Shown here piece by piece: positions 1-10,546 of a DNA stretch of 64,000 nucleotides. Within the stretch, counting starts at the first letter, position 1; each line of letters starts with the position of its first letter. Source of the DNA: Candidatus Multivorans sp. (GTDB lineage Bacteria > Acidobacteriota > Thermoanaerobaculia > Multivoradales > Multivoraceae); assembly GCA_965247095.1 (NCBI GenBank), contig OZ251997.1, positions 407,949-471,948 of the forward strand. Reading direction: 5' to 3'. The translations under genes and the position numbers were made by a program. The notes below the pieces were generated by a model, which did no database searches, was not told the DNA's origin, and saw only the letters and a program-made list of their open reading frames with translations.

Positions 1-148
1 AGAACAGCAGGATGTTCGAGAGCGCGATCCCGAACGTGGTCACGAGCTGGCCCAGGAAGAGCCAGAAGCCCGCGTTTCCCCTCGCTTCCCGGCAGGGCCG
101 GAGCACGGCGCGCTCAATCGCCGCCATCGGGCCCTGGGTCCGCTGCAT
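1..148 (-). CDS. Partial CDS (5' end only; continues beyond window start); hydrophobic N-terminus, unknown membrane protein
   Basis: Minus-strand translation from ATG ~148 gives MQRTQGPMAAIERAVLRPCREARGNAGFWLFLGQLVTTFGIALSNILLF... with no stop before coordinate 1; not in ORF track because partial. Confidence 0.25.
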   Translation of the reverse strand, partial: MQRTQGPMAAIERAVLRPCREARGNAGFWLFLGQLVTTFGIALSNILLF

Positions 149-153
149 GGCGG

Positions 154-2715
154 TCAGTCTATGCGCGTCCGGCTCCGCACACTGGTCACCACGAGGCCCG
201 GACGCAGTACCTCGACCCGGATGTCCCTGAGCCCGTCCGGGCCGGCCGCCGCGCCCGCCGGGGGCTCGAAGGCGATCAGGTAATGCGAGCGAAGGGCGCG
301 CGCAATCTCGCGGTAGACGCGGTCCAGGTCGTCCACGGATTCAGCGGCGTGGTACTGGCCTCCAGTGCGGTCGGCGAGCGTTCGGAGCGCATCGACCGTC
401 GCCGCGTCGCTTACTCGCAGCGCGATCGGGTAGGTCGCAACGCCGGCCAGCTCGACCTGGGCCAGCACGCGCTTGAAGTCGAGGTTGCTGTCGGTGTCGG
501 CGCCGTCGCTCAAGACGACGAGAGCGCGCCGGTCCGGCCGTCCCGCGAAGGAGGACACGGCGTAAGCGATGCCGTCGTAGAGCCGGGTCGCGCCCCAGGC
601 CCGCAGGCCCTCGGCGGCGTAGCGAAGCTGCCGGGTGTCGCCGACAAAGGGCGTCAGCCGCTCGAGATCATGGTTGAAGACGAGGAGGCTGGCGGCGTCG
701 CGCTCGGTCAGAACCCGTTCGAAGAAACGCTGCGCGCTCGTGGCCGCAACCCGTACGCTGCGTCCCAGGGAGCTGGAGACGTCCATCAGCAGGGCAACGT
801 TCATCGGCCGGTCCGCGAGGTTGCGGAAGTCATGGACCGGCACCTCGATGCCCTGGTGGAGAACCCGGAAGTCCCCCGGTCCGAGGTCCGTCGCCGGGCC
901 GGTCTGCCGGCCGCCGACCGAGACGAGGAGATCGACCAGGCGCACATCGATCTGCTCAGGCGCCCCGGCGCCCAGGAATGCGAGATCCTCGACCTGCTCG
1001 CCGGAGCGGAGCGTGGCCACGGCGCGAACGAAGCTGAGGGGTAGCCGCAGCCCGGCCGGAACCCGGCAACGGAAGGGCGGCGCGGTCATCCGTTCGAGCA
1101 GGTCCGCGCCCAGGAAGCAGTCGACGCGATCGAGTTCGTGTCCGGACGGCAGGTCGACACGGACCGCGAGGTCGAGCGCCTGCTCCAGACGGGCCGCGTC
1201 AGGACTTTCCAGGGCGATCGCGAACGGGCGCTCTTCCCGTTCGATGTCGAGGCCGTGCCGGGCCACGAGCCGCCCCTCGCGGTCGAGTCCACGGACTTCG
1301 ATCCGGTGACGCTGCTCCGGCAGATCGACGGCGTGAACGAAGGGCGGTTCGCCGACCCTGGCTACCGTCTGGCCGTCGCGCAGGAAGACGACCTCGGCGA
1401 TGCCGGGGCTGGCTGTGGCGCGGGCGGTGAACGTGGCGCCCAGCACCCGGCCGTCCGGCGCCAGCAGTTCGACGCTCGGCAATTGGGTCAGGACGATCGT
1501 TTCCCGCCGGGTCAGCAGGTGGAGATCCGGCACGTCCAGCGGCGTTGGAAGCGCCGGCACGTCGACCGTGTTGCTGCTGCGGAGCAGCCCGCGCCCGAGG
1601 TTGTCCTCGGCGCGGAGTTCAAAGCGGTACGCGCCGGCCGGCAGGCGCCGGTAGAAGTCGAGTGCGATGTCCGGTGCGCGGTCGCCGGCGTCCGTCGCGT
1701 CGACCGGAATGCCGCCGCTGATGTGATGGGTGACGACGAAGGCGTCGGCAAGCTGGTTGCCGAGGAAGACATCGCCCGTGATCGTCACCCGGTCGAGGAT
1801 CTGGCCGGCGCCGAGTTCGGCGAGATGCTCGTGAGGAAGCCGCAGCCGGCCACGCATCGCGGTGCGGCGGTTCTCGCTGCCGAGGGCCTCGAACTCCAGT
1901 GAGACGCCCCGCAGGGCCATGGCGGCAGGATCGAGGACGGCCTCCACGCGCAGGAAGTCGTCGACCCAGCTCGAGGTCCGGTCTTCGGCCCCGGCCGGTT
2001 CACCTGCCCAACCCAGCCGCTCGATAAACCGCCGCCAGCCTGTCGCGCGTTCAAGCCGCCGCTGCAGCCGGGCGCGTTCGTTCGCGGTCAGGCAGCGGCG
2101 GCGCTCCGCCTGCCCCAGTACGCGGAGCGCGTCGACTGGCGGCGGAGGGGTGGCGTCGTCACCCGCACCGTCCGAGGCTTTGGGGGCGAAGGTGAGGTCC
2201 GCGCCGGACTCCTGCGACCACAGGGCCATCGACCGGGGGTCGAAGTTGACCTGCTGCACGAAGGCCAGTAACAGATCGCCATCGCGTGCCGCCGGGAGCC
2301 GGCCGAGTTGGTGCTCGAGCCGCCAGCGGTCGTAGGTCCAGATCTCGATCCGGCGCAGGGCCGATTCGCACGGTTCGACCATCTGCCGGTCAGCCGGCTT
2401 GCCGGCCAGCAGCACGGCGCGCTCCATTGCCGGCGACCGCTCGCGGAGCTGGTCGCGGGCCCTCCGGTTCTCCTGCCAGCGTTCGAGCAGGCGCGGCGGA
2501 CGTGCCGCCCAGAAGGCGCGCAGGAAGCGCTCGCGCGCGCCCGGGCCTTCGAGCTGTTCGAAGGCCCGGCGCTCGCGGTCGTCAAGGAGCGGCTCAACCT
2601 CGGCGAGCCACTGTGTGTAGAAGTCGGGCAGGCGCGCCTGCGGCCGGCGGCTGCCCTGAGCTTCAACGGATTCCGCGGAAGCCGCGGTCAGCGCCGCCGC
2701 GGCGAGCAGCAGCAA
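154..2715 (-). CDS. Secreted von Willebrand factor A (VWA) domain-containing protein, 853 aa
   Basis: TTG start, N-terminal hydrophobic signal-like segment MLLLAAAALTAASAESVEAQ; C-terminal VWA/MIDAS-like motifs (RPMNVALLMDVSSSL..., VLSDGADTDSN); long intact ORF. Confidence 0.7.
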   Translation of the reverse strand: MLLLAAAALTAASAESVEAQGSRRPQARLPDFYTQWLAEVEPLLDDRERRAFEQLEGPGARERFLRAFWAARPPRLLERWQENRRARDQLRERSPAMERAVLLAGKPADRQMVEPCESALRRIEIWTYDRWRLEHQLGRLPAARDGDLLLAFVQQVNFDPRSMALWSQESGADLTFAPKASDGAGDDATPPPPVDALRVLGQAERRRCLTANERARLQRRLERATGWRRFIERLGWAGEPAGAEDRTSSWVDDFLRVEAVLDPAAMALRGVSLEFEALGSENRRTAMRGRLRLPHEHLAELGAGQILDRVTITGDVFLGNQLADAFVVTHHISGGIPVDATDAGDRAPDIALDFYRRLPAGAYRFELRAEDNLGRGLLRSSNTVDVPALPTPLDVPDLHLLTRRETIVLTQLPSVELLAPDGRVLGATFTARATASPGIAEVVFLRDGQTVARVGEPPFVHAVDLPEQRHRIEVRGLDREGRLVARHGLDIEREERPFAIALESPDAARLEQALDLAVRVDLPSGHELDRVDCFLGADLLERMTAPPFRCRVPAGLRLPLSFVRAVATLRSGEQVEDLAFLGAGAPEQIDVRLVDLLVSVGGRQTGPATDLGPGDFRVLHQGIEVPVHDFRNLADRPMNVALLMDVSSSLGRSVRVAATSAQRFFERVLTERDAASLLVFNHDLERLTPFVGDTRQLRYAAEGLRAWGATRLYDGIAYAVSSFAGRPDRRALVVLSDGADTDSNLDFKRVLAQVELAGVATYPIALRVSDAATVDALRTLADRTGGQYHAAESVDDLDRVYREIARALRSHYLIAFEPPAGAAAGPDGLRDIRVEVLRPGLVVTSVRSRTRID

Positions 2716-2772
2716 GGCGGCTGCGCGAGGGCAGCCGCACCGATTGAGCCGCTGATCCGAGCGGATCGACCC

Positions 2773-3585
2773 CTACTCCGGCAGCAGCGCCTTGATGGAG
2801 TCCGAGGGCTCGAACACGCTCTCGTCCACATCGTCGTAGGTCACGGACTCGATGGTCTGGGTCATCTCCATACCCATGAAACTGATGGCCACCCTGCTCG
2901 GGGCCATCAGACCGCCGAACTCCTTGTAGTCGCTCGAGCTGATCGTGACATCGACAGTGCCCATCTCACTCGTCTGTGTGGTCTCGATACCGATCAGGAG
3001 GCCGGTGTCCTTGGCGAAGTAGTGCGAGGATTCGTTGCCGTCGGTGTCGACGAGGTCGAGCTGGTAGGCCGCCTGGCCGTTCCACTCTGTTTCCCCGGCA
3101 GCCTGCTGCCCGGGGTAGATCTCGTCGTACTCCAACTCGGCGTAGAAGCGGGCGTTGCGCGCGGCGTCCTTCAGCATCCGGCCATCCAGGAGGCGTGTGC
3201 CCTGCATTGGATCCTCGGCCCAGCCGATCTCGCCGTTGTAGACCTGAAGGGTTTCGCCAAAGCCAGCCATGTTGGTCGACTCGAAGTACTTGTCGGGCGC
3301 CATTGTGTAGATCGTCGTGTCACCGGAGACACCCATTGCGGGCAGGTCGAACGCGGCCTTGATGGTTGCGGAGCTGTGCGCCCGTATGGCCTCCTCGCCA
3401 CCCATCGCTTCAACGAAGCGGGCGACGATCTTCTCTTCCTCCGTCAGCTCTCGAGGTGGTGGGATCTCTTCCGCTACCTCTTGGGGTGGTGGAAGATCTG
3501 CGTTGCGGGCAGAGCAGGCGCCGAGAATCAGACCGCAGCAGGCAAGTGCGAGCACGGTGCGGCGGCGAAGGGGATGGAAAGACAT
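2773..3585 (-). CDS. Hypothetical lipoprotein, 270 aa
   Basis: ATG preceded by GAAGGAGA RBS 8 nt upstream; signal peptide plus lipobox LILGAC-S; no recognisable catalytic motif. Confidence 0.6.
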   Translation of the reverse strand: MSFHPLRRRTVLALACCGLILGACSARNADLPPPQEVAEEIPPPRELTEEEKIVARFVEAMGGEEAIRAHSSATIKAAFDLPAMGVSGDTTIYTMAPDKYFESTNMAGFGETLQVYNGEIGWAEDPMQGTRLLDGRMLKDAARNARFYAELEYDEIYPGQQAAGETEWNGQAAYQLDLVDTDGNESSHYFAKDTGLLIGIETTQTSEMGTVDVTISSSDYKEFGGLMAPSRVAISFMGMEMTQTIESVTYDDVDESVFEPSDSIKALLPE

Positions 3586-3663
3586 GGGCGGGTCTCCTTC
3601 GGAGAGTGTGTTGGTTGTCGTACCTGACTACGTAGAAGCGGCGGCGCGGTTGCGGTGCGTTTC

Positions 3664-4875
3664 CTAGCTTGCCCATTTCCTGGCTGCCGCCAGGGCCTCT
3701 TCCGACGGCGGCAGAGTGGGCTTGAGGCGCGCGGTCACGTTGAACGGTTCCGTGTCGATTTCGTCCAGGCCTTGTTCGCCGGCGAGGACTGCCTGCTTCC
3801 ATTCCTGCTGCGCATCTTCGCGCTCCTGGAACTCGGGCATCACTTCGCGCGCGAACAGCTCCAGGCTGCTCATGATGTCCTCGTGGGTGTTCTTGCCGGC
3901 TTGGTTGAGCAGGATAACCTGATCCACGTGGGCCCGCTCGAGCTCCAGCAGGCGCTCGCGGATTGTGGCCGGTGAGCCGATCAGTTCGCTGCCGGAGCGT
4001 CTGCGGCCTTCGGGCGTCTGCTTCCACTCCTGGTAGCGCTCCCAGAAGTTGTTCGACCTGGGCTCGAACGGGCCTTCCTTGTTGTAGAGCTGGAGGGCGA
4101 ACTGGAAGAACGTCCAGCCGTCGGCCTTCTGTTGCGCTTCCTCGTCGGTGGGCGCGCACATGAAGCCGCCAACCACGGCGAGGTTCGGGTTCGTCTGGTA
4201 GTCGCAGAGCTTCTGCTGATCGCCGACGAAGGTGTTGTAGTACGCGTTGACCCAGGCGCGGGCGGAGTCGAGGTCGACGAACTTGAAGCACAGCGCGCCC
4301 ATGCCGCGGTGGGCGGCGTAACGGATCGTTTCGAGCTGCGAGCAGGCGACCCAGAGCGGCGGGTGGGGCCGCTGCAGCGGCTTTGGAATCACGTTGCGCA
4401 GCGGGAAGTCGAAGTAGTGGCCGTGGTACTCCCAGCCCTCGTTCCAGAACATCGGCAGGCAGGCCTGGACCGCCTCCTCCCACACGATCCGCTTGTCGCG
4501 GAAACTGCGGCCGAAGGGGTGGAGTTCGGTGACGCTCGAGCCCTCGCCGAGCCCGAGTTCGACGCGGCCGTTCGACACCAGATCGAGGGTCGAGACGCGT
4601 TCCGCCACCCGCGCCGGGTGGTTCGTCGTCAACTGGACGATGCCGTGGCCGAGGCGGATGTTCTTGGTGCGCTGCGACGCCGCGGCCAGGAAGACCTCGG
4701 GCGCCGAACTGTGCGAGTACTCCTCCAGGAAGTGGTGCTCCACCTCCCAGGCGTAGTCGTAACCGAGCCGGTCCGCGAGTTCGATCTGCTCCAGCGAGTT
4801 ATGGAGCAGCCGGTGCTCCGAGTCCGCCTTCCACGGTTTCGGTAGCTGGTGCTCGTAGAAGATGCCGAATTTCAT
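3664..4875 (-). CDS. LLM-class (luciferase-like) flavin-dependent oxidoreductase/monooxygenase
   Basis: MKFGIFYEHQLPKPW...LGYDYAWEVEHHF...RLGHGIVQLTTNHP...LDLVSNGRVELGLGEGSS pattern typical of bacterial luciferase-like family; start moved to internal ATG (MKFGIF) at 4875. Confidence 0.75.
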   Translation of the reverse strand: MKFGIFYEHQLPKPWKADSEHRLLHNSLEQIELADRLGYDYAWEVEHHFLEEYSHSSAPEVFLAAASQRTKNIRLGHGIVQLTTNHPARVAERVSTLDLVSNGRVELGLGEGSSVTELHPFGRSFRDKRIVWEEAVQACLPMFWNEGWEYHGHYFDFPLRNVIPKPLQRPHPPLWVACSQLETIRYAAHRGMGALCFKFVDLDSARAWVNAYYNTFVGDQQKLCDYQTNPNLAVVGGFMCAPTDEEAQQKADGWTFFQFALQLYNKEGPFEPRSNNFWERYQEWKQTPEGRRRSGSELIGSPATIRERLLELERAHVDQVILLNQAGKNTHEDIMSSLELFAREVMPEFQEREDAQQEWKQAVLAGEQGLDEIDTEPFNVTARLKPTLPPSEEALAAARKWAS

Positions 4876-4933
4876 GGCAGCCGACAGTAACACTGCCGCG
4901 CTTGCAGCGGACTGTTAGGGTCGCGCGTCGGAG

Positions 4934-5221
4934 GTGATGGCCATGGCGATGACTACAGACGAAGTGCGGGCGGCTTGCGGTGAGTTGAACGGTTGGGAGG
5001 CGGACCTGGACGTGCCTTCGATCGCACGGGACTACCAGTTTCCGACTTTTCCCGCGGCGGTGCGTTTCGTGGACTTCGTTGCCGAGCTGGCCGAAGCGGC
5101 GGACCACCATCCGGACATCGACATCCGCTACAACCGGGTCCGGCTCACCTTGAGCACCCACTCCGCGGGCGGCGTGACCGAGAAGGACTTCGCCCTCGCC
5201 CGCGCGATCGACCAGAGCTGA
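4934..5221 (+). CDS. 4a-hydroxytetrahydrobiopterin (pterin-4-alpha-carbinolamine) dehydratase
   Basis: 95 aa; conserved ...GWE...F.TF..A..F...V...AE...HHPDI...YNRV.L.LSTH..GG.T..D motif; several in-frame candidate starts (GTG 4934, ATG 4937/4943/4949). Confidence 0.75.
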   Translation: MMAMAMTTDEVRAACGELNGWEADLDVPSIARDYQFPTFPAAVRFVDFVAELAEAADHHPDIDIRYNRVRLTLSTHSAGGVTEKDFALARAIDQS

Positions 5222-5240
5222 TCAGCCCGGCCGGTTACCC

Positions 5241-6092
5241 GTGACGCAACCCCTCGAAGCGGCAGCGCCGACGCGTACGCTGGAGGCGCCGTACTACCTG
5301 CCCGTCGGCAACGAGGTCGAGCTGTTCCTGGCCGCTTACCGGGCACGGCTGCCGGTGCTGCTCAAGGGGCCGACTGGTTGCGGCAAGACCCGGTTCCTGG
5401 AACACATGACGCACCGCGTCTACCGCGGCGGTGAAGCCGGGACACGAGCCCGTATCGAACAGCCCTTAGTGACGGTCGCCTGCCACGAGGACCTCACCGC
5501 CACGGACCTGGTGGGCCGGTACCTGCTGGAGGGCGACGACACGGTCTGGATGGACGGCCCGCTGACGCGGGCGGTGCGCGACGGGTCGATCTGCTATCTG
5601 GACGAGATCGTCGAGGCGCGCAAGGACACGACGGTGCTGATCCACGCGCTGACGGACCACCGGCGCATCCTGCCGATCGAGAAGCGGGGCGAGATCCTGC
5701 CCGCGCACCCCGATTTTCTGCTCGTTTTGTCGTACAACCCGGGCTACCAGAGCGTCGCCAAGGACCTGAAGCCCAGCACGCGCCAGCGCTTCGTGGCGCT
5801 CGAGTTCGACTACCCGCCGCCGGAGATCGAAGCCGAGATCATCGCGCACGAGGCGGACGTCGACGTGACGCTGGCCCGCGACCTGGCCGAACTCGGCAAG
5901 CGCATTCGCAACCTGCATCACCGCGGCTTCGACGAAGGGGTCAGCACCCGGCTGCTGATCTACACGGCTCAGTTGATCGTGGGCGGCATCAGTGTGCGCG
6001 AGGCGTGCGTTGCCGCGATCTGCCGGGCGATCACCGACGACGACGAAGTCCAGCGCGCGGTGACTGAGGTCGCGTCGACTCTCCTGTCTTGA
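5241..6092 (+). CDS. CbbQ/NorQ/NirQ-family AAA+ (MoxR-like) ATPase
   Basis: GTG start; Walker [12 protein letters not shown]; overall CbbQ/NorQ-like sequence ([16 protein letters not shown]...); directly followed (TTGA overlap) by a VWA partner as in norQD/cbbQO. Confidence 0.8.
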   Translation: MTQPLEAAAPTRTLEAPYYLPVGNEVELFLAAYRARLPVLLKGPTGCGKTRFLEHMTHRVYRGGEAGTRARIEQPLVTVACHEDLTATDLVGRYLLEGDDTVWMDGPLTRAVRDGSICYLDEIVEARKDTTVLIHALTDHRRILPIEKRGEILPAHPDFLLVLSYNPGYQSVAKDLKPSTRQRFVALEFDYPPPEIEAEIIAHEADVDVTLARDLAELGKRIRNLHHRGFDEGVSTRLLIYTAQLIVGGISVREACVAAICRAITDDDEVQRAVTEVASTLLS

Positions 6093-8299
6093 CCGCCGTA
6101 GAACTCGACGACATCGGACGCATCCTCGAGATCTACGTCGAGGCGATGCTGGCGCGTCCGGCCGAGGTCCGTCCGCTCGCCGATCTGTCGACCGGCGACC
6201 GGTCGCGCGGCGGCCACGTCGACCTCGAAGGCGCCGCCGCCGCGGGCCGCCCGACGACCGACGGCGCGGCCTTCTACCTGCCGGAGCGGATCGCGCGCTT
6301 TCCCGACCGCTACGGGAACTTCATGGTCTACCGGATGGCGGTGTTGCACCAGTTGGGCGGTGTCTTGTTCGGCACCTACCGCCGCGGCCCCGTCCGGTTC
6401 GCCGACTTCTTCGCCGGGTTCGAGGAGCCAGGCCTGGCCCGGGCGCTGTTTGCGCGACTCGAAGGGGCGCGGATCGACGCCGCCCTGGCGCGTACGTTCC
6501 GGGGCGTCCGCCGCGACCTGCTGCGGCTGATCGACGACGCCCTGGAGTCGTCGCCGGCGCCTCCGTCGAGGCCTCGGCGGCGACATCGGCGCCGCGAAGC
6601 GGCTCTGTTCGAGCTGGCCGGCTCGCTGCTGGAGGCCCAGCGCGCGCTACTGACGGTGCCCGCATCCGGCGCCGGACTACGCCACGGAGGCGACCTCCCG
6701 GTCGAAGCCGCGTCCCTGCTCCAACCCGGCGCCACCGTCGAGGACACCCGAGGGGCGGTGCGCGCTCTCTATCCGGCGCTCGCTGCCCTGCGTTCAAGCG
6801 GCATCCTGGCCGACCCCGGCGTGCCGGCCGACGATGCCCGCGCGGAAGATCGTCGCCAGGAGCCCGACGCGGACCCCGTCCCGCAGTCCCTCGAAGTACC
6901 GGCGCCGGCCCACCACGGCGACCCGGCGCCGGAGCGGGTCGAGCTGCGAGGCGAGTGGGCCGAACTTGCCGCCGAGGTCGAACTGCGGGACGACGTGGCG
7001 CCGGGCCCGGTGGCCTCGGGCATGCTGGACCAGTTGCAGGTCGACGAGCTCGGCGTGCTCAGCCTCCAGGACGGTGACCTCTCGGGTACGGCCGGACTGC
7101 CGCTCACCGACCTGGACGTCACCGGGGCGATCGAGGCCGAGGCCGGCGACACGGACGGCGAGCCGATCGAACTCGACCCCGAAGAGCTTGCCGCCCGCCT
7201 GGAAGAACTATCGAAGCGGCTCGAACGCGAGCTCGAGGCGGCGGGCTTGAACCGCGACCGCGAGCAGGTCCACTACTACGACGAATGGGACCACGAACTC
7301 GCCGGTTACCGTCGCCGCTGGTGCCACCTCAGGGAGAAGACAATCGAACCGCCATCCACCGACGGCGGCGGCGACACCGCGGTCTCGGGTCACCGATTCG
7401 TCGACGAGACGAGACACCACCATGCCGACCTGCTGCGGCGCGTGCGACGCCAGTTCGAGTTGCTCAAGCCGGAGGAGTTCCGGCGCGTGCGGCGGCTGAT
7501 CGAAGGCGAGGAACTCGACCTCGACCGGGTGGTGGAGACCCACGTCGACCGCCGCGCCGGCCGTCCGCCGGACGGCGCCGTCTACATGAGCCGCCGCCGC
7601 CAGCACCGCGACGTGGCGGCGGCGTTCCTGCTCGACATGAGCGCTTCGACCGACGCCGAGGCGCCGACCTGTGAGCCGGAACCCGTTCCCGGCAAGACCC
7701 CGGCGCCCGAGTACGTGGGCGTCTTCGACGACTTCGACTGGCCCGACAATCCGCAGCCCCTGCCGCCCGGCCGCCGGGTGATCGACATCGAGAAGGAGTC
7801 CCTGGTGCTGATGGCCGATGCGCTCGAGACCCTGGGCGACGACTACGCGATCTACGGCTTCTCCGGGTTCGGCCGCAAGGAGGTCGACTTTTTCGTCGCC
7901 AAGGAGTTCGACGATGACCTCAACCGCGAGACCGAGGACCGGATCGCGGCGATGGAACCGAAGCGCAGCACCCGGATGGGGCCGGCGATCCGCCACGCCG
8001 CAGTGAAGCTCGCCGAGCGCGAGGCGAGGGTCAAGGTGCTGCTGATCCTCTCCGACGGCTATCCCCAGGACTTCGACTACGGCAGCGACCGCGCCTCCCG
8101 TGTCTACGGCATCCGCGACACGATGGTGGCCCTGCGCGAAACGGAGCGTCAGGGCGTTTCGACCTTCTGCATCACCGTCGACCCCGCCGGCCACGACTAC
8201 CTGCGCGAGATGTGCCCCGAGCGCCGTTACCTGGTGATCGACGAAATCGCGGCCCTGCCGAGTCAGTTGCCGAAGGTGTACCGGGGCTTGACGGCGTAG
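6089..8299 (+). CDS. CbbO/NorD-like VWA-domain protein, partner of the AAA+ ATPase
   Basis: 736 aa; C-terminal VWA motifs ([32 protein letters not shown]); TTG start overlapping upstream stop by 4 bp. Confidence 0.7.
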   Translation: MTAVELDDIGRILEIYVEAMLARPAEVRPLADLSTGDRSRGGHVDLEGAAAAGRPTTDGAAFYLPERIARFPDRYGNFMVYRMAVLHQLGGVLFGTYRRGPVRFADFFAGFEEPGLARALFARLEGARIDAALARTFRGVRRDLLRLIDDALESSPAPPSRPRRRHRRREAALFELAGSLLEAQRALLTVPASGAGLRHGGDLPVEAASLLQPGATVEDTRGAVRALYPALAALRSSGILADPGVPADDARAEDRRQEPDADPVPQSLEVPAPAHHGDPAPERVELRGEWAELAAEVELRDDVAPGPVASGMLDQLQVDELGVLSLQDGDLSGTAGLPLTDLDVTGAIEAEAGDTDGEPIELDPEELAARLEELSKRLERELEAAGLNRDREQVHYYDEWDHELAGYRRRWCHLREKTIEPPSTDGGGDTAVSGHRFVDETRHHHADLLRRVRRQFELLKPEEFRRVRRLIEGEELDLDRVVETHVDRRAGRPPDGAVYMSRRRQHRDVAAAFLLDMSASTDAEAPTCEPEPVPGKTPAPEYVGVFDDFDWPDNPQPLPPGRRVIDIEKESLVLMADALETLGDDYAIYGFSGFGRKEVDFFVAKEFDDDLNRETEDRIAAMEPKRSTRMGPAIRHAAVKLAEREARVKVLLILSDGYPQDFDYGSDRASRVYGIRDTMVALRETERQGVSTFCITVDPAGHDYLREMCPERRYLVIDEIAALPSQLPKVYRGLTA

Positions 8300-8308
8300 C
8301 GGCTGCGC

Positions 8309-9673
8309 CTACCGTTCGGCCGGTATTGGCGCCAGAACACCCAACGGCGGCGCACCGTCCGGGCTCTCGAAGTCGACATCGAGCAGCAGGGCGATGAGAT
8401 CGGCGATGTCGGTGAGACCCATGCGGTGGACCGTGCGGCCCGCTTCGAAGCCGGCGCCCCAGCCAACGAAGCCGGTGAGGATCTCGGGGAAGTCGGTGGG
8501 GAAGAAGCCGTGGGTGCCGCCGTCGGTGGGCCTTACGGGGTCGCCTGAGGCGTCGGAACCGAAGCGGACGCCGAGCGTGCCGGTGAGAGCGAAGGGGGCG
8601 TTCGGGGCGGCGCCGATGGCATCGAGTTCATCGCGTTCGACGACGCGGAACAGGCGGTGGATGGAAGCGGGCAGAGCGGCGAGGATGTCGCGCACGGCGG
8701 CGGTCGCCGCATCGTCGGCCCGGTCGTTCAGGTGCAGAAACGCGGCGCCGCTCGTGGCGTGGAAGGTCGCGCGCCATGTGCCGCGGTCGGGCTCAATGCC
8801 GTGGAGGCCGGCTTCGGCGAGCCACACGTTGGGCATGATCTGGGTGTGGAGATCGACGAAGCCGTGGTCGCCGGTGATCACGAAAGCGGTGCGGTCGAGA
8901 ATCCCTGCGCGCTCGGCGGCGTCGCGGATCGCTCCGATCGCCCGGTCGGCCCCGGCGACAGCGCGCCGGGCGACGTCGGACTCCCGCCCCTGTTCGTGCT
9001 GGAAGCGGTCGGTGGAGATGAGGTGGAGGGCCATCAGGGCCGGCCGGTAAGTCTCCAGGACGTACGCGGCGATGGCGCCCGTCGTGTCGTCGCGGGTGAT
9101 GTAGTTGGCGGAGTAGTTGCGCACGTTGAGGCGTCCCGTGGCCTCCCGCTCCAATTCCTGCCACAGACCCGGCGTGCTGCCCTCGCGCATCGGCAGCAGG
9201 CGGTCGACGTTGGGGTCGAGGGAGTAGACCTCGGGGACGAGGAGGTCGATCGGTGCGCCGACGGTTACCGGCCAGGAGATCGCCGCGGTCTCCCTGCCGG
9301 CGGCTCGGACCGCGTCCCAGAGCGTGGGAACCTGGATTGCCGATTCGTGCCAGTACCAGTGGCCGGTCTGGCCGGCGGGTTCAAAGGGTCGGTTGTAGTA
9401 GACGCCGTGGCGGGCGGGTAGTGCGCCGGTCACGATCGTCGTGTGCGAGGGATAGGTGACGGAGGGAAACACCCCGTGCACCCCCTCGGCGTGGGCGCCG
9501 TCGCGCGCCATCTGTTGCACGTTGGGGGCCGGCCAGGATGAACCTGGAACGTAGAAGTCGGGGCGGAAGCCGTCGACGGAGACGAGCACGACGTGGTCCG
9601 CCCGCGGCTGGGCGGCGAGGGGAACGGCGACCAGGAACAGGGCGCCGAGAATGGCTGGAGCGGTGCGCTTCAC
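8309..9673 (-). CDS. Alkaline phosphatase superfamily protein (type I phosphodiesterase/nucleotide pyrophosphatase-like), secreted
   Basis: Signal peptide MKRTAPAILGALFLVAVPLAAQ; VLVSVDGFRPDF...SVTYPSHTTIVTG... metal-ligand motifs typical of NPP/AlkP family; GTG start. Confidence 0.7.
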   Translation of the reverse strand: MKRTAPAILGALFLVAVPLAAQPRADHVVLVSVDGFRPDFYVPGSSWPAPNVQQMARDGAHAEGVHGVFPSVTYPSHTTIVTGALPARHGVYYNRPFEPAGQTGHWYWHESAIQVPTLWDAVRAAGRETAAISWPVTVGAPIDLLVPEVYSLDPNVDRLLPMREGSTPGLWQELEREATGRLNVRNYSANYITRDDTTGAIAAYVLETYRPALMALHLISTDRFQHEQGRESDVARRAVAGADRAIGAIRDAAERAGILDRTAFVITGDHGFVDLHTQIMPNVWLAEAGLHGIEPDRGTWRATFHATSGAAFLHLNDRADDAATAAVRDILAALPASIHRLFRVVERDELDAIGAAPNAPFALTGTLGVRFGSDASGDPVRPTDGGTHGFFPTDFPEILTGFVGWGAGFEAGRTVHRMGLTDIADLIALLLDVDFESPDGAPPLGVLAPIPAER

Positions 9674-9679
9674 CGCGTG

Positions 9680-10507
9680 CTAGACCGCCGCCGCCAACTG
9701 GCGGTCGTAGACGCTCTGCCGCATCTCTTCCAGCTTGTCGAGGTAGAGCTGCCGGTAGCTTTCGTACTCGAGGCCGAAGGGCGCGTTGCCCGGCTCGAAG
9801 CCGGCGAAGGTCTGGTTCGGGCCGTCTTCCGCGAACGGACGCATGGCCTCGACCTGCTCCTCGAACGGGTCGATGAGGCGCGGGTGCGCGGCGAGCAGCC
9901 GTTGCAACAGGTAGACGCCGAAGGCGATGTGACGGGCTTCGTCGCGCTGGATCAACCGGATCCCGCGCTCGAGCGCCGGGAAACGGCCGCTGCGCTCGAA
10001 GATCGAGTAGAACAAGGGGTAGCCGGCTTCGGCGCCCACGCCCTCGACGTAGAAGTGGTAAAGCATGATCGCGTTCAGCATGGCCTCGGGGCTGTCATCC
10101 GTAAACAGCGCGCGCATCGCCTGGGGCAGCCGGGTCGAGAACATGTCGCCGTGCAGATCGGGGTAGGGGATATCGACGCCGAAGCGCCCAGGAAGCGCCT
10201 CGATCAGCCAGGTCTCGAAGAACTGGACGTGGCGCGCCTCCTCGTACATCTGGGCCGTGACGAACATCTCCTCCTCGAGCCGGCCCTGCTGGCGGAGGCG
10301 GAACTGGAGCGGCGCGAGTTCGTGGGTCACGCCGCGCTCACCGACCCGGAAGCCCGAAACGAGCCGCAGGAGCAGGTTGTGTTCGTCGCCCGTGAGCGCC
10401 AGCCAGTCCGACTGCTCCTGCGAGTAGTCGATGTCGCCGGGATTCCAGGAACGTTCGTGCGAAGCGGTGAAGAGCCGCATCGGAAGCGAGTTGTTGTCGA
10501 ATGGCAT
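9680..10507 (-). CDS. R2-like ligand-binding oxidase / ribonucleotide-reductase-small-subunit-like ferritin-fold diiron protein
   Basis: 275 aa; two E...E..H diiron motifs (MYEEARHVQFF and RDEARHIAFGVYL) with spacing typical of R2lox/RNR-R2-like proteins. Confidence 0.6.
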   Translation of the reverse strand: MPFDNNSLPMRLFTASHERSWNPGDIDYSQEQSDWLALTGDEHNLLLRLVSGFRVGERGVTHELAPLQFRLRQQGRLEEEMFVTAQMYEEARHVQFFETWLIEALPGRFGVDIPYPDLHGDMFSTRLPQAMRALFTDDSPEAMLNAIMLYHFYVEGVGAEAGYPLFYSIFERSGRFPALERGIRLIQRDEARHIAFGVYLLQRLLAAHPRLIDPFEEQVEAMRPFAEDGPNQTFAGFEPGNAPFGLEYESYRQLYLDKLEEMRQSVYDRQLAAAV

Positions 10508-10546
10508 CAGGTAGACCTCCTGGTCACAGATTCTATTGGAGAGGGC

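Noticed and set aside
12-230. 72-aa plus-strand ORF at window start
   Set aside because: Overlaps the 3' end of the VWA gene and the partial upstream gene on the opposite strand; no RBS or motif
10381-10470. Sequence CCGGGATTCCAGGAACG inside the R2lox gene resembling the end of the family A repeat
   Set aside because: Only a 14-nt partial similarity without the hairpin core; treated as coincidence
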